64,000 nucleotides of DNA, taken from Felis catus (taxonomy: Eukaryota). Below are positions 1 through 13,432 of this stretch, piece after piece (position 1 is the first letter of the stretch; each line of letters opens with the position of its first letter). The position numbers were made by a program, and so were the translations under genes. The stretch spans positions 108,254,001-108,318,000 of the forward strand of contig NC_058368.1 of assembly GCF_018350175.1 (NCBI RefSeq), given 5' to 3'. The notes beneath the pieces are model-generated. The model made no database searches, had not been told where the DNA came from, and worked only from the letters and a program-made list of their open reading frames with translations.

Positions 1-201
1 AACACCCCATACATTTTAGAAAATGGCAAAATTCAATGCAAGGGAAAGTCGAGGAGGAGAGTGTAAGTGCTAATCTCTTTATGCAAATCCTGGGAGAAGT
101 ACTACCTCTAGGTCTGTGTTTATCTTTTACAGTTACAAACAACATTACATGTCAACTATATCTTAGTAGAGCTTGGAAAAAATTATAAGACTAACAAATT
201 A

Positions 202-300
202 GGGGTGTCTAGTTGGCTCTGTCGGTAGAGCATGTGATTCTTGATCTTGGGGTCATGTTGGGTGCCCCCATGTTGGGTGCAGAGCTTACTTAACAAACAA
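202..300 (+). mobile_element. Short old Can-SINE
   Basis: ggggtgtctagttggctctgtcggtagagcatgtgattcttgatcttggggtc…gagcttacttaa. Confidence 0.75.
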
Positions 301-619
301 AAACCTAACAATTGAGAAACTTAAATGTAAACTAAAACCATAAATGGAATGAGGGAGAAGGAAGTCTTGCAAGCCTCCTCTTTTATAGGATTCAAAGTTG
401 ATGAGTCAATAAATGAAATTTCTTATTAAAGAGGTAACCTGCAGAATAATGCAAAATGCAGTGTGTGTAAGTAAGAATGGAGTTAGAAGCAGGCATGGAG
501 ACTTTTATTTTTCATGTAGTTCCGGTTTTCCTGTTTGGATTTCATTTTCTTTATACTGTTAATTTCATAACAGTAACATAAAACAAAGTAACAATACCTT
601 TTAAATAATTATCAGGGAG

Positions 620-1710
620 GTGTTTTCAGCAAGATGGCAGGCTAGGATGCTCTAGGCTCTTGTTTCCCGCACAGAAACATCAAATACACAATATATGAAT
701 CAAAATAGTTTTGTGAAAATGCTAGAAACCAGTTCACCTGCATCAACTAAGTGAACGCCTAACAGAAAAGGCCACGCTCGGGGCACCTGGGTGGCTCAGT
801 CGGTTAAGTGTCCAACTTTGGCTCAGGTCATGATCTCACAGTTGGTGGGTTCAAGCCCCGCATCGGGCTCTGTGCTGACAGCTCAGAGCCTGGAGCCTGC
901 TTCAGATTCTGTCTCCCTCTCTCTCAGCCCCTCCCCTGTTCATGCTCTCGCTCTATCTCTCTTTCAAAAGTAAATATTAAAAAAAAAAAAAAAAAGGTTA
1001 TGCTCAGAATGGTCAGAAATTTTGAGGCCTTTTGTTGGCCTTTGCCACACCCTTGCTCTTGTGCAGTATGCCTCAGTTGTGAAAAAACCACTTAATTCTG
1101 GATTTCTCCCTCAGGACTCCAGGAAAAGAATGAAACTTGCTTCTAACTTTCTGGCTTGTCTGGGGGCTACGTGAGGGATTGGTTTGTCTTGCCAGACTCA
1201 ACATTGATGGAAATGGTGGCATAATGTGGAAGGTAGATTGGAGGATGCTGACAACAGACATGGGTGCACGTGGACTCAAGACCTGTGGATGGCTGGGGAC
1301 TAGAGATCACAGGCAGGGGAACACAAACTCAAGTCTCCTGAGAAGGAGCACGAATGAGATTCTTACGGAAGCGAAACAAGTCAGCAGTTGCTATGTGGAG
1401 AACTGGGACAAAAGCACACACGCCGTCCCAGGGAAGATACATCCCCAGGAAAGAGGAGAAGACCATAAGGCCTTCAGTTGGGCTGATGAGCAAAGGTCTT
1501 CCCCTGCATGAAGAGGGGGCTCCTTTTTCAAATGCCCCGATCTCAACAAAAGATCATAAGACATAGAAAGAAATAACAAAACACGGCTCATTCAAAGGAA
1601 CAAAATACATCTCTAGAAACCAGTCTGTAAAAAAATGCAGCTCTCTGACTTGGCACAGGTTTTAAAACAGGGGTCTTACATGTGCTCAGTGAGCTAAGTG
1701 AACATGGACA
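620..1710 (+). mobile_element. Probable old L1 5'UTR/ORF1 remnant
   Basis: Starts with aagatggcag; ORF1-like A-rich sequence near 1560-1710; contiguous with the downstream L1. Family not determined. Confidence 0.45.
780..995 (+). mobile_element. SINEC_Fc
   Basis: tRNA-like head, (CT)n, A tail; diverged TSD aaaaggccacgctc / aaaaggttatgctc. Confidence 0.9.
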
Positions 1711-1717
1711 AATATAT

Positions 1718-1973
1718 TTTCTCTTCCGGATTATTTTAATAGCATTTTCTTTTTTCTAGTTTCACATTTTGAATACAGTATAGAATATATGTAACATACA
1801 AAATATGTATTAACTGTTTATGTTGTTGGTAAGACTTCTGGTCAACAGAAGCCAATCAAAATTTATTTTCTTAGTAGTTTTGGGGAGTCAAAAATTTTAC
1901 GTGGATTTTTGAGTGCATGACAGGAGGGTGGTGGTTAGCACCCCTAGCCCCCAGGTTGCTCAAGGGTAAACTG
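1718..1973. mobile_element. Tigger2/MER8-like TcMar DNA transposon end
   Basis: ttttggggagtcaaaaattttacgtggattttt…cccctagcccccaggttgctcaagggtaaactg followed by TA, matching the recalled Tigger2 terminus. Confidence 0.7.
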
Positions 1974-2122
1974 TATAATCAAACTATCAAGAGTCAAAGA
2001 AAGACAAAGGCAGCAAGAGGAAAGCGATGCAAAAATTCTCAACAAAATGCTAACTAGAATTCATTAGCACCTTAAAGGATTATGCAGATGACCACGTGGG
2101 ATTTATTCCTAGAATGCAAGAT

Positions 2123-2330
2123 GGGGCACCGGGGTGGCTCAGTCGGTTAAGCGTCCAACTTCAGCTCAAGTCATGATCTCATAGTCCATGAGTTCAAGCC
2201 CCGCATCGGGCTCTGTGCTGACAGCTCAGAGCCTGGAGCCTGCTTTGGATTCTGTGTCTCCCTCTCTCTCTGCCCCTCCCCTGCTCATGCTCTGTCTCTG
2301 TCTCAAAACTAAATTTAAAAAAAACATTAA

Positions 2331-2366
<36 letters not shown>
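2123..2366 (+). mobile_element. SINEC_Fc with (AAT)n tail
   Basis: TSD AGAATGCAAGA at 2111-2121 and 2366-2376. Confidence 0.92.
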
Positions 2367-2921
2367 GAATGCAAGAATGGTTCAACATAAGAAAATCAGT
2401 CAATGTAAGACACCACAATTACAGAATGAGCAGAAAATTGATATGATCATCACAATTGATAGAGAAAAAAATCATCTGAAAAAATTCAATACAATCTCAC
2501 AGAAAAAACTCAACAGACTCTAGTAATAGAAAATATTTGAACAAAATGAAGGCTGTATATGGAAAGCCCACAGCTAACATCATACTCAGTGGTCAAAAGA
2601 CTGAAAGCTTTTCGTTTAAGATCAAGAACAAGACTTAGTTGCCTGCTTTCACCCTTCTACTGGACAAAATACCAGAAGTCCTAGCCAAAGCAGTTGGGCA
2701 AGAAAAGGAAATGAAGACATCCATACTAAAAAGGAAGAAGTAAAATTACCGCTCTTCAAAGACAGCATGATCTGTATGTAGAAAGTCCTAAAGATCTCAC
2801 AAAACAAAGGACAGTTACAACAGTAAACTCCATAAAACTGCACATTCTAAATCAACACACAAAAATCGGTTATGTTTCTATATACTAACAGTCCAAAAAG
2901 GAAACTAAGAAAACAATTCTA

Positions 2922-3138
2922 GAGGCACCTGGGTGGCTCAGTTAAGCATCCAAGTTTGGCTCAGTTCATGATCTCACGGTTTGTGGGTTCAAGCCCCACG
3001 TTGGGCTCTGTGCTGACACCTCAGAGCCTGGAGCCTGTTTGAGATTCTGTCTCACTCTGCCCCTTCCCTGCTTGCGCTCTGTCTCTGTCTCTCAAAAATA
3101 AGTAAAATGTTAAAAAAAATAAAAATAAAAAAAAAGAA
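2922..3138 (+). mobile_element. SINEC_Fc
   Basis: Head, (CT)n, A tail; TSD aagaaaacaattc / aagaaaataattc. Confidence 0.9.
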
Positions 3139-3719
3139 AGAAAATAATTCCATTTATACTGGCCTCAAAAAAAAAAAAATTACAATACTGAGGAATAAAT
3201 TTAACCAAGGCAGTAAAAGACTGTGCACTGAAAACTACAAAACATTAGCAAAAGAAATTAAAGACACAAAAGAGGGAAAGTTATCCTGTTTTCGTGGATA
3301 GTAAGGCTTAATATTGTTAAGATGTCAATGCTATATAAGGGAATCTACAGATTTAATGCACTATCGAAATCCCAATGACATTTTTTGCATAAGCAAAAAC
3401 ACCCATCCTAACATGGATATAGAATTTCAAAGGACTCTGAAGAACCAAACAATCTTGGAAAACAACAAACTGGAGGTCTCATTTAAAAACATATTACAGT
3501 AATTAAATCCCATGTGGGATTAGCATATACAGCCATAGAATCCAATGGAACATTGGATATCCATAGAGCCCAGAAATAATTTCTCCTGTGTATGTTCCAC
3601 CTACTCTACGAGGGATTTTCAACAACGATGCCAAGACCACTCAAAGGTTAAGGCCACTCTTTTCAACAAATGCTGCTGGGAAATGGGGTATAAACATGCA
3701 AAAGAATAAAGTTAAACTT

Positions 3720-4054
3720 TGTCATAGTCTGTTTGGGCTACTATAACAAAATGCCACAGACCGAGTGGCTTATAAACAAGAGAAATTTGTTTCTCACATT
3801 CTGGAGGCTGAGAAGCCCAAGGTTAAAGTGCCAGCATGGTTGCTTTCTGATGACAGCCCTCTTCTCACTTCACAGCCAGTGCCTGTTTGCTGTGTCCTCA
3901 TGTGGTAGAAGGGCACAAGGGATCTCTCTGTTCCAAGAGCACCAGGTGTATTCGTGAGGGCAGAGCCTTCCCAAAGGATCCACCTACTAATACCATCATA
4001 AAGAGCATTTCAACATATCAGTTGGAAGGAGGCACAAACATTGAGACCATAGCA
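3720..4054. mobile_element. ERVL-MaLR solo LTR (MLT1A/MST-like) nested in L1
   Basis: tgtcatagtctgtttgggctactataacaaaatgccacagac…ttctggaggctgagaag…aacattgagaccatagca; TG…CA ends. Confidence 0.8.
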
Positions 4055-4362
4055 GATCTTCACCTTACACAAAATATCAAAATTAAAATGGATTGAAGAC
4101 GCCAATGTTAAGACTTAATATCACAAAACTTTTGGAAAGGCTTTGAGGGGAAACTTCACAAGAGGATTTAGCAATAATTTCTTGGATATGACACTAAAAG
4201 CAAAGGCAACAAAAGTAAAAAAAAAAAAAAAAAAAGTGAACTGGATTGTATCAAAATTAACAACTGCATCAAAAAACCACAACAGAATGAAAACATAACC
4301 TGTGGAATGGGAGAATATATATTTGCAATCATATATCCAGAATATATAAAGAATTCCTCCAA

Positions 4363-4572
4363 GGGTGCCTGGGGTGGTTCAGTCAGTTGAGCGTCTGACT
4401 CTTGATTACGGCTCAGGTCACAATCTCACAGTTCATGGAATCGAGCCTTGTGACCAGCTGTGTGCTGACAACACTGAGCCTGCTTGGGAGTCTCTCTCTT
4501 CCTCTCTCTACCCTTCACCCACTCACGCGTGCACATTTTCTCTCTCAAAATAAACAAACATTAAAAACAAAA
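4363..4572 (+). mobile_element. Can-SINE
   Basis: gggtgcctggggtggttcagtcagttgagcgtctgactcttga…ctctctcaaaataaac. Confidence 0.88.
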
Positions 4573-7500
4573 GAGAGCTCCTCCAACTCAACAACAATGA
4601 CCACCACCATTAAAAAATGGGCACAGGACTTGAATAGACATTTCTCCAAAGAAAATGTACAAATGGCTAATAAACACAAAAAAGATGCTGAACATCACTA
4701 ACTGTGAAGGAAATGCAAATCAAAACCACAGTGAGATACCACCTCACACCCATTAGAATAGCTACAATTAAAGAAAAAAAAAAACAACCCAACAAACCCA
4801 GAAAATAACAAGTGTCAGTAAAGATGTGTAGGAATTGGGACCGTGTACCATTGCTGGTGGGAATGTAAAACAGTGCAGTTGCCATGGGAGAACAGTACAG
4901 AGTTTTCTCAAAAATGAAAAATGCTGCTACCATATAATCCAGTAATCCCATTCCTGGGGGTATATGCCAAAGAAGTGAAAGCACAGTCCCAGAGGTACCT
5001 GCACACAGCAGCATTATCCACAATAGCCAAGAGTTAGAAGCAACCCAAGTGACCAGCAAGAGCTGAATGGAAAAATAAAATATGTGCACATCTGTGTGTG
5101 CACACACACAGAGGAATACTCTTCAGCCTTGACGAGAAAGGAAATTCTGCCACCGTACAACATGGATGAATGAACCTTGAAGACAGACACCACACTAGGT
5201 GACACACACCAAGCACAGTAAGACAAACATTGCGTTTTTATATAAGTTAATAGAAGTTTATAAAATATAAGTTATCTACGGTAGTTAGATTCAAATAAAC
5301 AGAAAGCCAAAGAACAGGTCAGGTAAACTGACTCACAGACAACCGCAGAGTGCACAAATGAAGAGACGGGAAACAACGTGGGCTATTCAGAGCATGATCA
5401 AATGCATAGGGAGAAACGCCTCAGAGCAGATGTGGACCTCCAGCTGAGAAATGCCGATGAGCGACTTAATCACTGGACACCCTCCTCTCTATTCCTGCTG
5501 AATGCATCCTGGGGATGAACTTGAAGAGAGTCAACCTCCGCCTACCCCTGCACGCCAGGAGAAATGCCTTCAGGACTGAGATCTCATTAAAAGGCACATG
5601 GGCACGTGCCTTTTGCCAGCACCAGAGACCCCGAAAGAGGCCATGTCAGAAGCTCAGGCTGTTGAGCAACTGCCCGATACCTCAGGACTAAGCTGTGTTC
5701 TTTCCTCAGGTAGCACAAGTTCTGTACAGACTGTCAAACCATTACAAGGTCTCCGCTCGACTCACTGGACAGATAGTATATAGTGCTCCCACAGAGCGTC
5801 CTCACTGGGCCAGTGTGGAGCAGGGGCCTTGGGGGAAACAAATCATGGAAGGCTATGAAAAACCACTTGATGCTTTCAAATGAAGCCTCAGACATCACGC
5901 ACAGGGTCAGACAATCTCATGAGAGCATCCCATGTGAAGAACACCACATGCCAAACCGTGACGTGGCCGAGGGGCTTTCCTGGCGTGATGGGCAGAGAGT
6001 AAGGGGAAACCCAGTGCAGCCCAGCCAGTTATTCCAGGAAATCAGTGAGTGGCGAGCACAACGTGTTCCCTTGAATTAAACAAACCTCTCAATGATCTTC
6101 TTGACCTGGATTTCAGAAAACAGGCTGTTCTTTGCCTTCCATGACATTGGCACCCTCCTTTCTCTGCCCAGTAGCTTGTGAAGTCACTGGAGGTTTCTCT
6201 CTCCTTTGTCGCCAGCCACTTGCAGCTCTCAAATCTGAACAGAAAACCAGAGAATCAGCAGGTGTTTCAATCTAGTTCAAGGCTGTTCATGAGCAAGTTC
6301 CTCAGACCCTCTATTTCCTAAAAACAAGGATTTCGGGACTGATAAAAGAAAATCACCAGCATACGCTCCTACTGAAAGAGATAGTACAAAATTAATTAAG
6401 AGTGCTGCTTTCTTTCCAACCTTAAGAAATAAATGCAGAAGATAAATTTCCAGTACAGGTTCAATGATTGGTTTATTCATTAGACTTTTATTAGTTCCAG
6501 ATTGCCAAAAGCGCTTTACAGACCTGGCCTAACAGGGGAGGGAAAGCAAAGCTCAGTGGACGTGCTAGGCTGTGGGGCTATTTGAGGATTGGGCCACCGC
6601 ATGGAGGGGATGAAGACGTGCTTAGTAAAGGCCAGCCTTGCGCTAGGCATGCGTGGGCTGTGCTCATTCTCACAACCATCCTATTAGGGAACTTTTACCC
6701 CCCATTGCACCGATGATGGAACCGATGGTTGGAGAGGGTACGTAACTTGCTCAAGGTTAAACAGCTAATTATTGGGTGTAGTAGTCTTGTAGTTGAGAAA
6801 GAGTGTCATGGGAGCTCACAGGAATTGACCTCCACCTATATGCTAAGGAATGTAGGAAGGCCTCACACAGGCCCACCTGCAGTCATGCACACAATACGTG
6901 TGTGTGTGTGTGCACACGGGGGGGGGGGGAGGGGGAGGTTACTGTCACTTGAAATCCCACCAGAACACCATGCCTTGGAGACGGAATGGTTGCCTTAAAA
7001 AAGGGATTTGGGGACATGTTCTAAAATGAGGGAAGGCAGGGAAGCAAGGAAGGAGAAGGCAGAACTGGGGTTAAGTCCACATAGGTCGGCTGCCTGCCAG
7101 TCATGATCTCTAAGAGAACAGGCTTTCACAGCAAAGACAGTAGCCCCTCTGCTACACTTCTAACTCTCCTTCCCTGTCACCTGAGTGGAGGTGGGGGGGC
7201 ACCTGACTCTGAAGCCTCAAACCCATGCTCATCAGGAGCCCCGATGCAGTAACATTCCAGGCCCCAGTAGTCTTTAAACCAGAAGGTGGAGACAGGACAA
7301 GGCTCAGGAGTAACTAGTGCAGAACATTTTTTTAATTGGAAGATAAAAAATAGTGAAAAGAAACCCAGAACGCCAATGACTTAGCAGTAGAACCCACCCC
7401 AAGATCCAGGCTGCAGTGGATTTGCTGGCTTTGGGGCCATCAGAAGCCAGAACGGAGGCCTGATGTGCTGCTCTAAGCAGGCCACAAAGGATTCCGGAAC

Positions 7501-8029
7501 TCTCTCCATCCTGAGCATCTTGGTTGCTGGCAGATCTCTAGACTACAACCCAATACCTGTCCCTTCCACGTGCCTCCTGGAACAGAAAGAGCTCTTTGGC
7601 TATCTCGTCTATTATTTTGCCTCTCAAAGGAAGTCATGAGTTCAATTAAGATTTAAAGTCTGACCTTGGCAATGACAAAAAAATTGCTACTTTTAAAGCT
7701 TCTTTCTTTGCTCCTTAGTATGACAAAGCCCTAGAGGGTTTTAGCAAAATGAAGTGCTTGACTTAAAACCCAAGTTCAAGTTTCCCTGTGAATTTTTGCC
7801 CTTGGTGCAATATCAGTGCTGACTAGCTACTTGATATTTGGTGCCCTAGGAGATTTTATGGATGAGATGCAGGGGAGTGATCATTTGGAGTTTGGGTTTT
7901 TTAGGTGTGTGCAGTTGCCCTAAACATGCTTCTGGTCTCAAAGGACTTGAAACTCATCACTGCCTACCGATTCCCTCAGCCTACCACAAATACTTCATTT
8001 GTTCATTTTTCTTGGGTTGGATTTTTTTT

Positions 8030-8815
8030 TTTTTTGGCAATTAAAAAAAATTGTGGTAAAATACACAAACCTAACCATTTTGAAGTGTACATTTCAGGAA
8101 TGTTATATACATTTGCAACGTCATACAATCCATCTCCAGAAATTTTTCATCTTGCCAAATGGGAATTCTATACCCATTGAACCATAACTCAATTTTTCCC
8201 TCCTGCCTAGCCCCTGGCAATTGCTATTCTACTTTCTGTGCCTGTGAATTTGACTCTATTAGGTACCCCACACAATCAAAATCATTCACTGTTTATCTTT
8301 TTGTTTGCTGGCTTAATTCCCTTAGCATAATGTCTTTTCTTAAAGTTCATTCATGTTATAGCAGCTGTCTGCATTTCCTTTCTTTTAAAAGCTGAATAAT
8401 ATTCCATTTTATGTTCATACCACAAATTATTTTTTGATGCATCCATCGATGAACACTTGTGTTTCTTCCACCTTTTGGCTATAGTGAATCATGCATGGGT
8501 GTGCAAATACCTCTCTGAGACTCTGTTCTCAATTCCTTGGGATATATTCCCAGAAATAGGATTGCTGGATCATATGGTACTATTAATTTTTCGGAGGAAC
8601 CTCCAGGGCATAGGGTTCTAATTTTTCTACCTCTCCACCAACACTTGGGATTTTATTTTTTATAGTACCCATCTTAATGTGATTATGATTTCCATTTCCC
8701 TCATAATTAAGTGATGTTGAGCATCTTTTCATGTGCTTATTGACCATTTGTTTATCTTTTTTAGAGAAGTTTCTTTTAGGTCCTTTACACATTTTAAAAT
8801 TATTTTTATTGTTGA
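8030..8815 (-). mobile_element. Old L1 3' end fragment
   Basis: Minus-strand peptide [17 protein letters not shown]; attgctggatcatatggta; plus-strand T run as the poly-A tail. Confidence 0.8.
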
Positions 8816-9557
8816 ACAAGGAATGTTTAATAAATTTTAAAAAATCTTTTAAACTATTAGATATTTCTAATATATGTCTTTAAAAGTGTGAAAGTATTAA
8901 GAGGAGTGTCTTACCCAACATGACGTTATATTTGTTCAGTGATACCTTCAGAGAACCCCTGGGTACAGCCTGCCTCTACCTTAGAGCTCCTCTGTGCCTT
9001 GTCCGAGTTTTTAGGTTCCTTCCATCTCAGGGTGCCTTCATCACATTCTTAGTGCTAGGAGTATGGTTCTTTCTAGTTCTCCACTCACTTATTAAATTTC
9101 TGACTCCCAGTGTGTTTTAACTTAGAAACAGTGAAGTGCTGAGTCTCATCAACACGTTAAGAGTATAGTCTTAGTGCATTTTCTATTTGGAACCAATTTT
9201 AGTTTGGGGAGCATCTTGATTATATTTCCAAGAGGTGCTTTTGTCAGATAAGTGACCACTACATAAAGGAGTGTTGGCCAGCCAAGTTGGGTCAAGAAAT
9301 GAAATTCTAGAAAAGGAGATGAAATGGAAGAATTAAGGTAGAAAACTACCCAAGTGTGATGAGGGTTAAGAGGCAGGCAGGCAGACAGAGTGGCAGCACA
9401 GGCACGTGCGAGGTGGCCAGGCACTGACAAAGGATTATACATGTGTGAACTCACTTCATCTGCAGAGCAACAATAAATACGAGACAGGTTATTGCTGGTA
9501 ACCTGTTTGTGGATAAGAGAACTAACTAAGGCAGAGAGAATATACAGCGAATAATAA

Positions 9558-9815
9558 TATTAGTTATCTGTTGCTGTAAATTATCACGAACTCAGCAGCT
9601 CAAAATAGCACAATTTCAGTGGGTCAGGAGTTTGGGCCGAGGTTGGCTGGGTCATCTGCTCAGGGTCTCCCACAGCTGTAATCAAGCTGCTAGCTGTGCT
9701 GTGCTCAAATCTGGAGGCTGACCTAGGGAAAAAGCCACTTCCTAGCTGGTCCAGATTTGGGGAGAATTCATTCCCTGGAGAACTGAGGGTTCCACCTTCT
9801 TCCTACTGTTGGCTG
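9558..9815. mobile_element. MLT1-type LTR fragment
   Basis: tattagttatctgttgctg…gtgggtcaggagtttggg…ctgctcagggtctc…aatcaag. Confidence 0.6.
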
Positions 9816-9819
9816 AATA

Positions 9820-11760
9820 GACAGCAGGAACTCCATGTTCCCTGCAGTGTTATTCACAACTGCCAAGATTTGGAAACAATCTGTTGATGAATGGGGAAGC
9901 AAAATGTGGTATGTGCAAAGGAATATTATTCAGCCTTTAAAAAGAAAAAAAAAAAAACATCTAGCCTTTTGTGGGAAACATGGATGAACCTGGAGGACAT
10001 TATACTAAGTGAAATAAGCCAGGCACAGAAAAACAAAGAATGCATGATCTCACTTACGTGTGGAATATGGGGGGTGCCAGGAGTTGAGGGGTGTGGGAAC
10101 GGGAAGATGTTGGTCAAAAGGTACGAAGATTCATTTATGCAGGATGAGTAAATTCTGGAGTGCTACCATATGGCACAGGGACTAGAGTCAATACTGTACT
10201 GCAAAGATGAAATTTGCTATGGGAGGTGATTTTAAGTGTTCTCAACACACACAGATTATGAGTATGTGAAGTAATGAATACGGTAATTAGCTTAACTGTG
10301 GTAACCATTTCACAACATACACATACATTAGACCATCATGTTGTACAGTTGTATGCTGCCATCCACTGAATGCTTATGCCCCCACCCCCATTCACATGCT
10401 GAAATCCTAATCGCTAAAGGTGAGGGTATTAGGAAGTGAGGCCTGTAGCAGGTGATTAGGTCAAGTGGGTGAAACCCTCATGAATGGGATTAGTACCCTT
10501 ATAATAGAAGCCCCTTCTCTGTGAAGACAAAGCAAGAAGGCACCATCCATGAACCAGGAGAGCGGCCTTCAAAGAACAGTGAGCCTGCTGGCACCTTGAT
10601 CTTGGACTTCCCAGCTTTCAGAACTGTTTTGTTACATTAGCCCAAACTAACTAAGACATATACCTCAAATATATACAATTTTTATCTGTCAAGCATACCT
10701 CAGTAAAGCAGGGGGGGTGGGGAGCCCTAAATCACATCACTTAAAAAATACATCCTATATGAAAAATATTAAAGACCTTAAACCAAAACAATAAAACAGT
10801 GAGAGTCAAGAGAAAATCTAAATAAATGCAGAAATATACTGGCTTCACAGATCAGAAGACTAAATTTTATGAATATGTTAATTTCCTTCAAATTGTTATA
10901 TTATTTCAAAAAAAAACCCTCCTCAAAATTGCAATTGTGTGTGTGTGTGTGTAAGTTGATAAGCTGGCCATTAGATTTATTTGGAAATGCAAATGATAAA
11001 GAACAGCTAATATTCTGGACAAACACCAGGGTCAGCAAACTTTCACTACCAGGTATCAATATATAGTTTACTGCTAGAGCAATGAAGACAATGTGGTATT
11101 AGGGAAGAATAAATACGCTGATAAAACAGAATACAGACCCCTGAATAACTCAAACATATACAGACAGCTGGCTCATAGCACTGTAATCAATGCAACAAAG
11201 GATTTATCTTTTCAACAAACAGTATAGGAACAATCCATAGGGGAGAGAATGGAACCTGACCTCTACCTTACATTGGGCACAAATTCTATTCCAGATAAAC
11301 TGTAGATCCAAATTTAAAAGGTAAGACACTGAAGTATTTGAAAAATATTGGCACAAATATGTTAATGAATTTGGAGCAGATAAAGACTTCTTAGATCACA
11401 CCAGAAAAAGCATTAACCATAAAGGAAAAGAGTAATGCAGTTTCTCCAGTTTAAAATTAAGAACTTTTCTTTTTCATTATGACAGAGCATGCCATAGAGT
11501 GGGAAAAGTTATTAGTCATGGATGTAACTGATAAAGGAGTCATATCCAAAATACATAAAAACATCTACAAGTAGATAAAAATGAAATAGACTAAAAAATG
11601 TACTTCATAAAAGTGAAAATCAAATGGCCTACAAATTATGAAAAGGAGCTCAATTCCCTATAACGAGGGAAACAAAAACTAAAACCATAATAAAATACCG
11701 TTACATATCTACCAAAATGGCCAACATTAAAAATGCGAAAAATACCAAGTGGTCTGAACA
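9820..11760 (+). mobile_element. Old L1 fragments with a nested MaLR LTR at ~10350-10660
   Basis: catggatgaacctggaggacattatactaagtgaaataagccagg (L1 3' end); ctgaaatcctaatc…gccctcatgaatgggattagt-type LTR signature; ORF2 remnants at 10740-11760. Confidence 0.7.
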
Positions 11761-12175
11761 GACAGCTGCCAGGAGTCTATGGAATAGGCAGTGGTTCAGT
11801 GTAGACTGCTAGCAATCTGAGTTGTTCTTATGTGTTACCTGATTTTCCTTCCTGCTCAGAATTGGGTCATCAGAGTTGGGTCATAGGTGGAAATCTGGAA
11901 GATTTCCCTTAGGTGCCCTGGAAAACACCAAATCCTATGTACAAATGTACAAATGATATGTTAGGAAATCACTGCATCCACACTGTCCAGAGTTTATCCA
12001 AAGAGAATGTCTAAAATTCTCTTTTCTAGTTGGAAATGTTTCAGTTTCATCACTCCTGTGAAGGAGAGCTCAAAATATTTCACTGTGGACTGCAGGCATA
12101 CCGGGAAAGACGGCTAAGAAATCACCTCGCTCTTACGTTTCTGAAGACAAAGACTGCGAGAAACACGCTTTAGTG

Positions 12176-12194
12176 TGGCGCCATCTGGTGGCTC
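12176..12194 (-). promoter_or_regulatory. Candidate CTCF binding site
   Basis: Minus strand GAGCCACCAGATGGCGCCA, very close to the CTCF core consensus (CCACCAGRKGGCGC), in non-repetitive sequence. Confidence 0.7.
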
Positions 12195-12537
12195 CAATGT
12201 ATTTTACCACAACTTCCCCTTTCAGGCCACATATTTACAAAGTATAAAAGGTTCCGGCCCCTGATCAGCTGCTGCTACAGTCAAAATAGAGCAGAGCAGA
12301 GCTAAAGTTCCACACGAACTCCAAACCGATGTAGTTTTTCAAAATGGGATTAAGCAACTTTCCATGTTTAATGGAAATTTTCCCCTCTAATTTAGTTTAA
12401 GTCTTGCCCTGTTTTCTATTGAGGGTTTTTCTTTTGATATACAGATGTACTTCATATATTCTGGATACCCGTCCCTTGAAGGGGTATATGAATGAAAGTA
12501 CATTGTCCAACTCTATATGGCCTTTTGTGTTTTTATC

Positions 12538-12756
12538 TTTTTTTAAAATAATTTTTTAACGTTTATTCATTTTTGAGAGGCAGAGAGAGCGCATGAGCGG
12601 GGAAGGGGCAGAGAGAGGGAGACACAGAATCTGAAACAGGCTCCAGGCTCTGAGCTGTCAGCACAGAGCCCAACGTGGGGCTTGAACTCACAGACCGTGA
12701 GATCATGACCTGAACTGAAGTCAGACGCTCAACCGACTGAGCCACCCAGGCGCCCC
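12538..12756 (-). mobile_element. SINEC_Fc
   Basis: Reverse complement of the SINE consensus, ending …gagccacccaggcgcccc. Confidence 0.9.
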
Positions 12757-13206
12757 CCTTTTGTGCTTTTAAATGGTATCTTAAGATAAACCTGTCTTTA
12801 AGACAGTCAAATACATCAATCATTTCCTTTAGAGTTGTCTTAGGAGGACCTTATTTAAGAAATCCTTCCTATTGCTGACATTTTAAGATAAGCATTGTTT
12901 CTTCTGTAAGCATTGGTGCAATTTTTTGATAAAGTCATCCAGGGCTTGAGTTTTCTTTGTGGAAAGGCTTTTAAAATGACAGATTCAACTCCTTTAACAG
13001 CCACAGGATTACTAAATTTTCCTTGTTACAGATTTGTTTTTTTCTGTGAATTTATTTCATCTATATTTTGGTTACTTTAAGCGTCTCATCTTTAATGACG
13101 TTATCATAATGATTCCTTTTCATTCCTAATAACAGTTTTGCCATTTTTCTCTTTTCTTGGTCATTCCCCCTAAGAGATTAGCAATTTTATTAGTCTAAAA
13201 ATTTTT

Positions 13207-13432
13207 TTATTAAAAAAAATTTTTTTTTTCAACGTTTATTTATTTTTGGGACAGAGAGAGACAGAGCATGAACGGGGGAGGGGCAGAGAGAGAGGGAGAC
13301 ACAGAATCGGAAACAGGCTCCAGGCTCTGAGCCATCAGCCCAGAGCCCGCCGCGGGGCTCAAACTCACGGACCGCGAGATCGTGACCTGGCTGAAGTCGG
13401 ACGCTTAACCGACTGCGCCACCCAGGCGCCCC
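13207..13432 (-). mobile_element. Young CpG-rich SINEC_Fc
   Basis: Nearly all CpGs intact; TSD agtctaaaa(a)ttttt at 13192 and 13433. Confidence 0.93.

Larger units (their letters stand above)
1980..5300 (+). mobile_element. Degenerate L1 ORF2/3'UTR interrupted by SINEs and an LTR
   Basis: L1-typical strings: aaagcccacagctaacatcatactcagtggt, gacagcatgatctgtatgtagaaa, gacttgaatagacatttctccaaagaa, gagataccacctcacacccattagaatagct. Confidence 0.85.

Noticed and set aside
780..860. tRNA-like A/B box sequences at SINE heads
   Set aside because: They continue into the SINE body, (CT)n and A tail with TSDs; not tRNA genes.
791..1095. ORFs such as MAQSVKCPTLAQVMISQ… and similar ones at 2188, 12563, 13246, 22274, 31817, 34825, 61277 and 63447
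   Set aside because: They are translations of Can-SINE bodies; the recurring peptide reflects the repeat, not a gene family.
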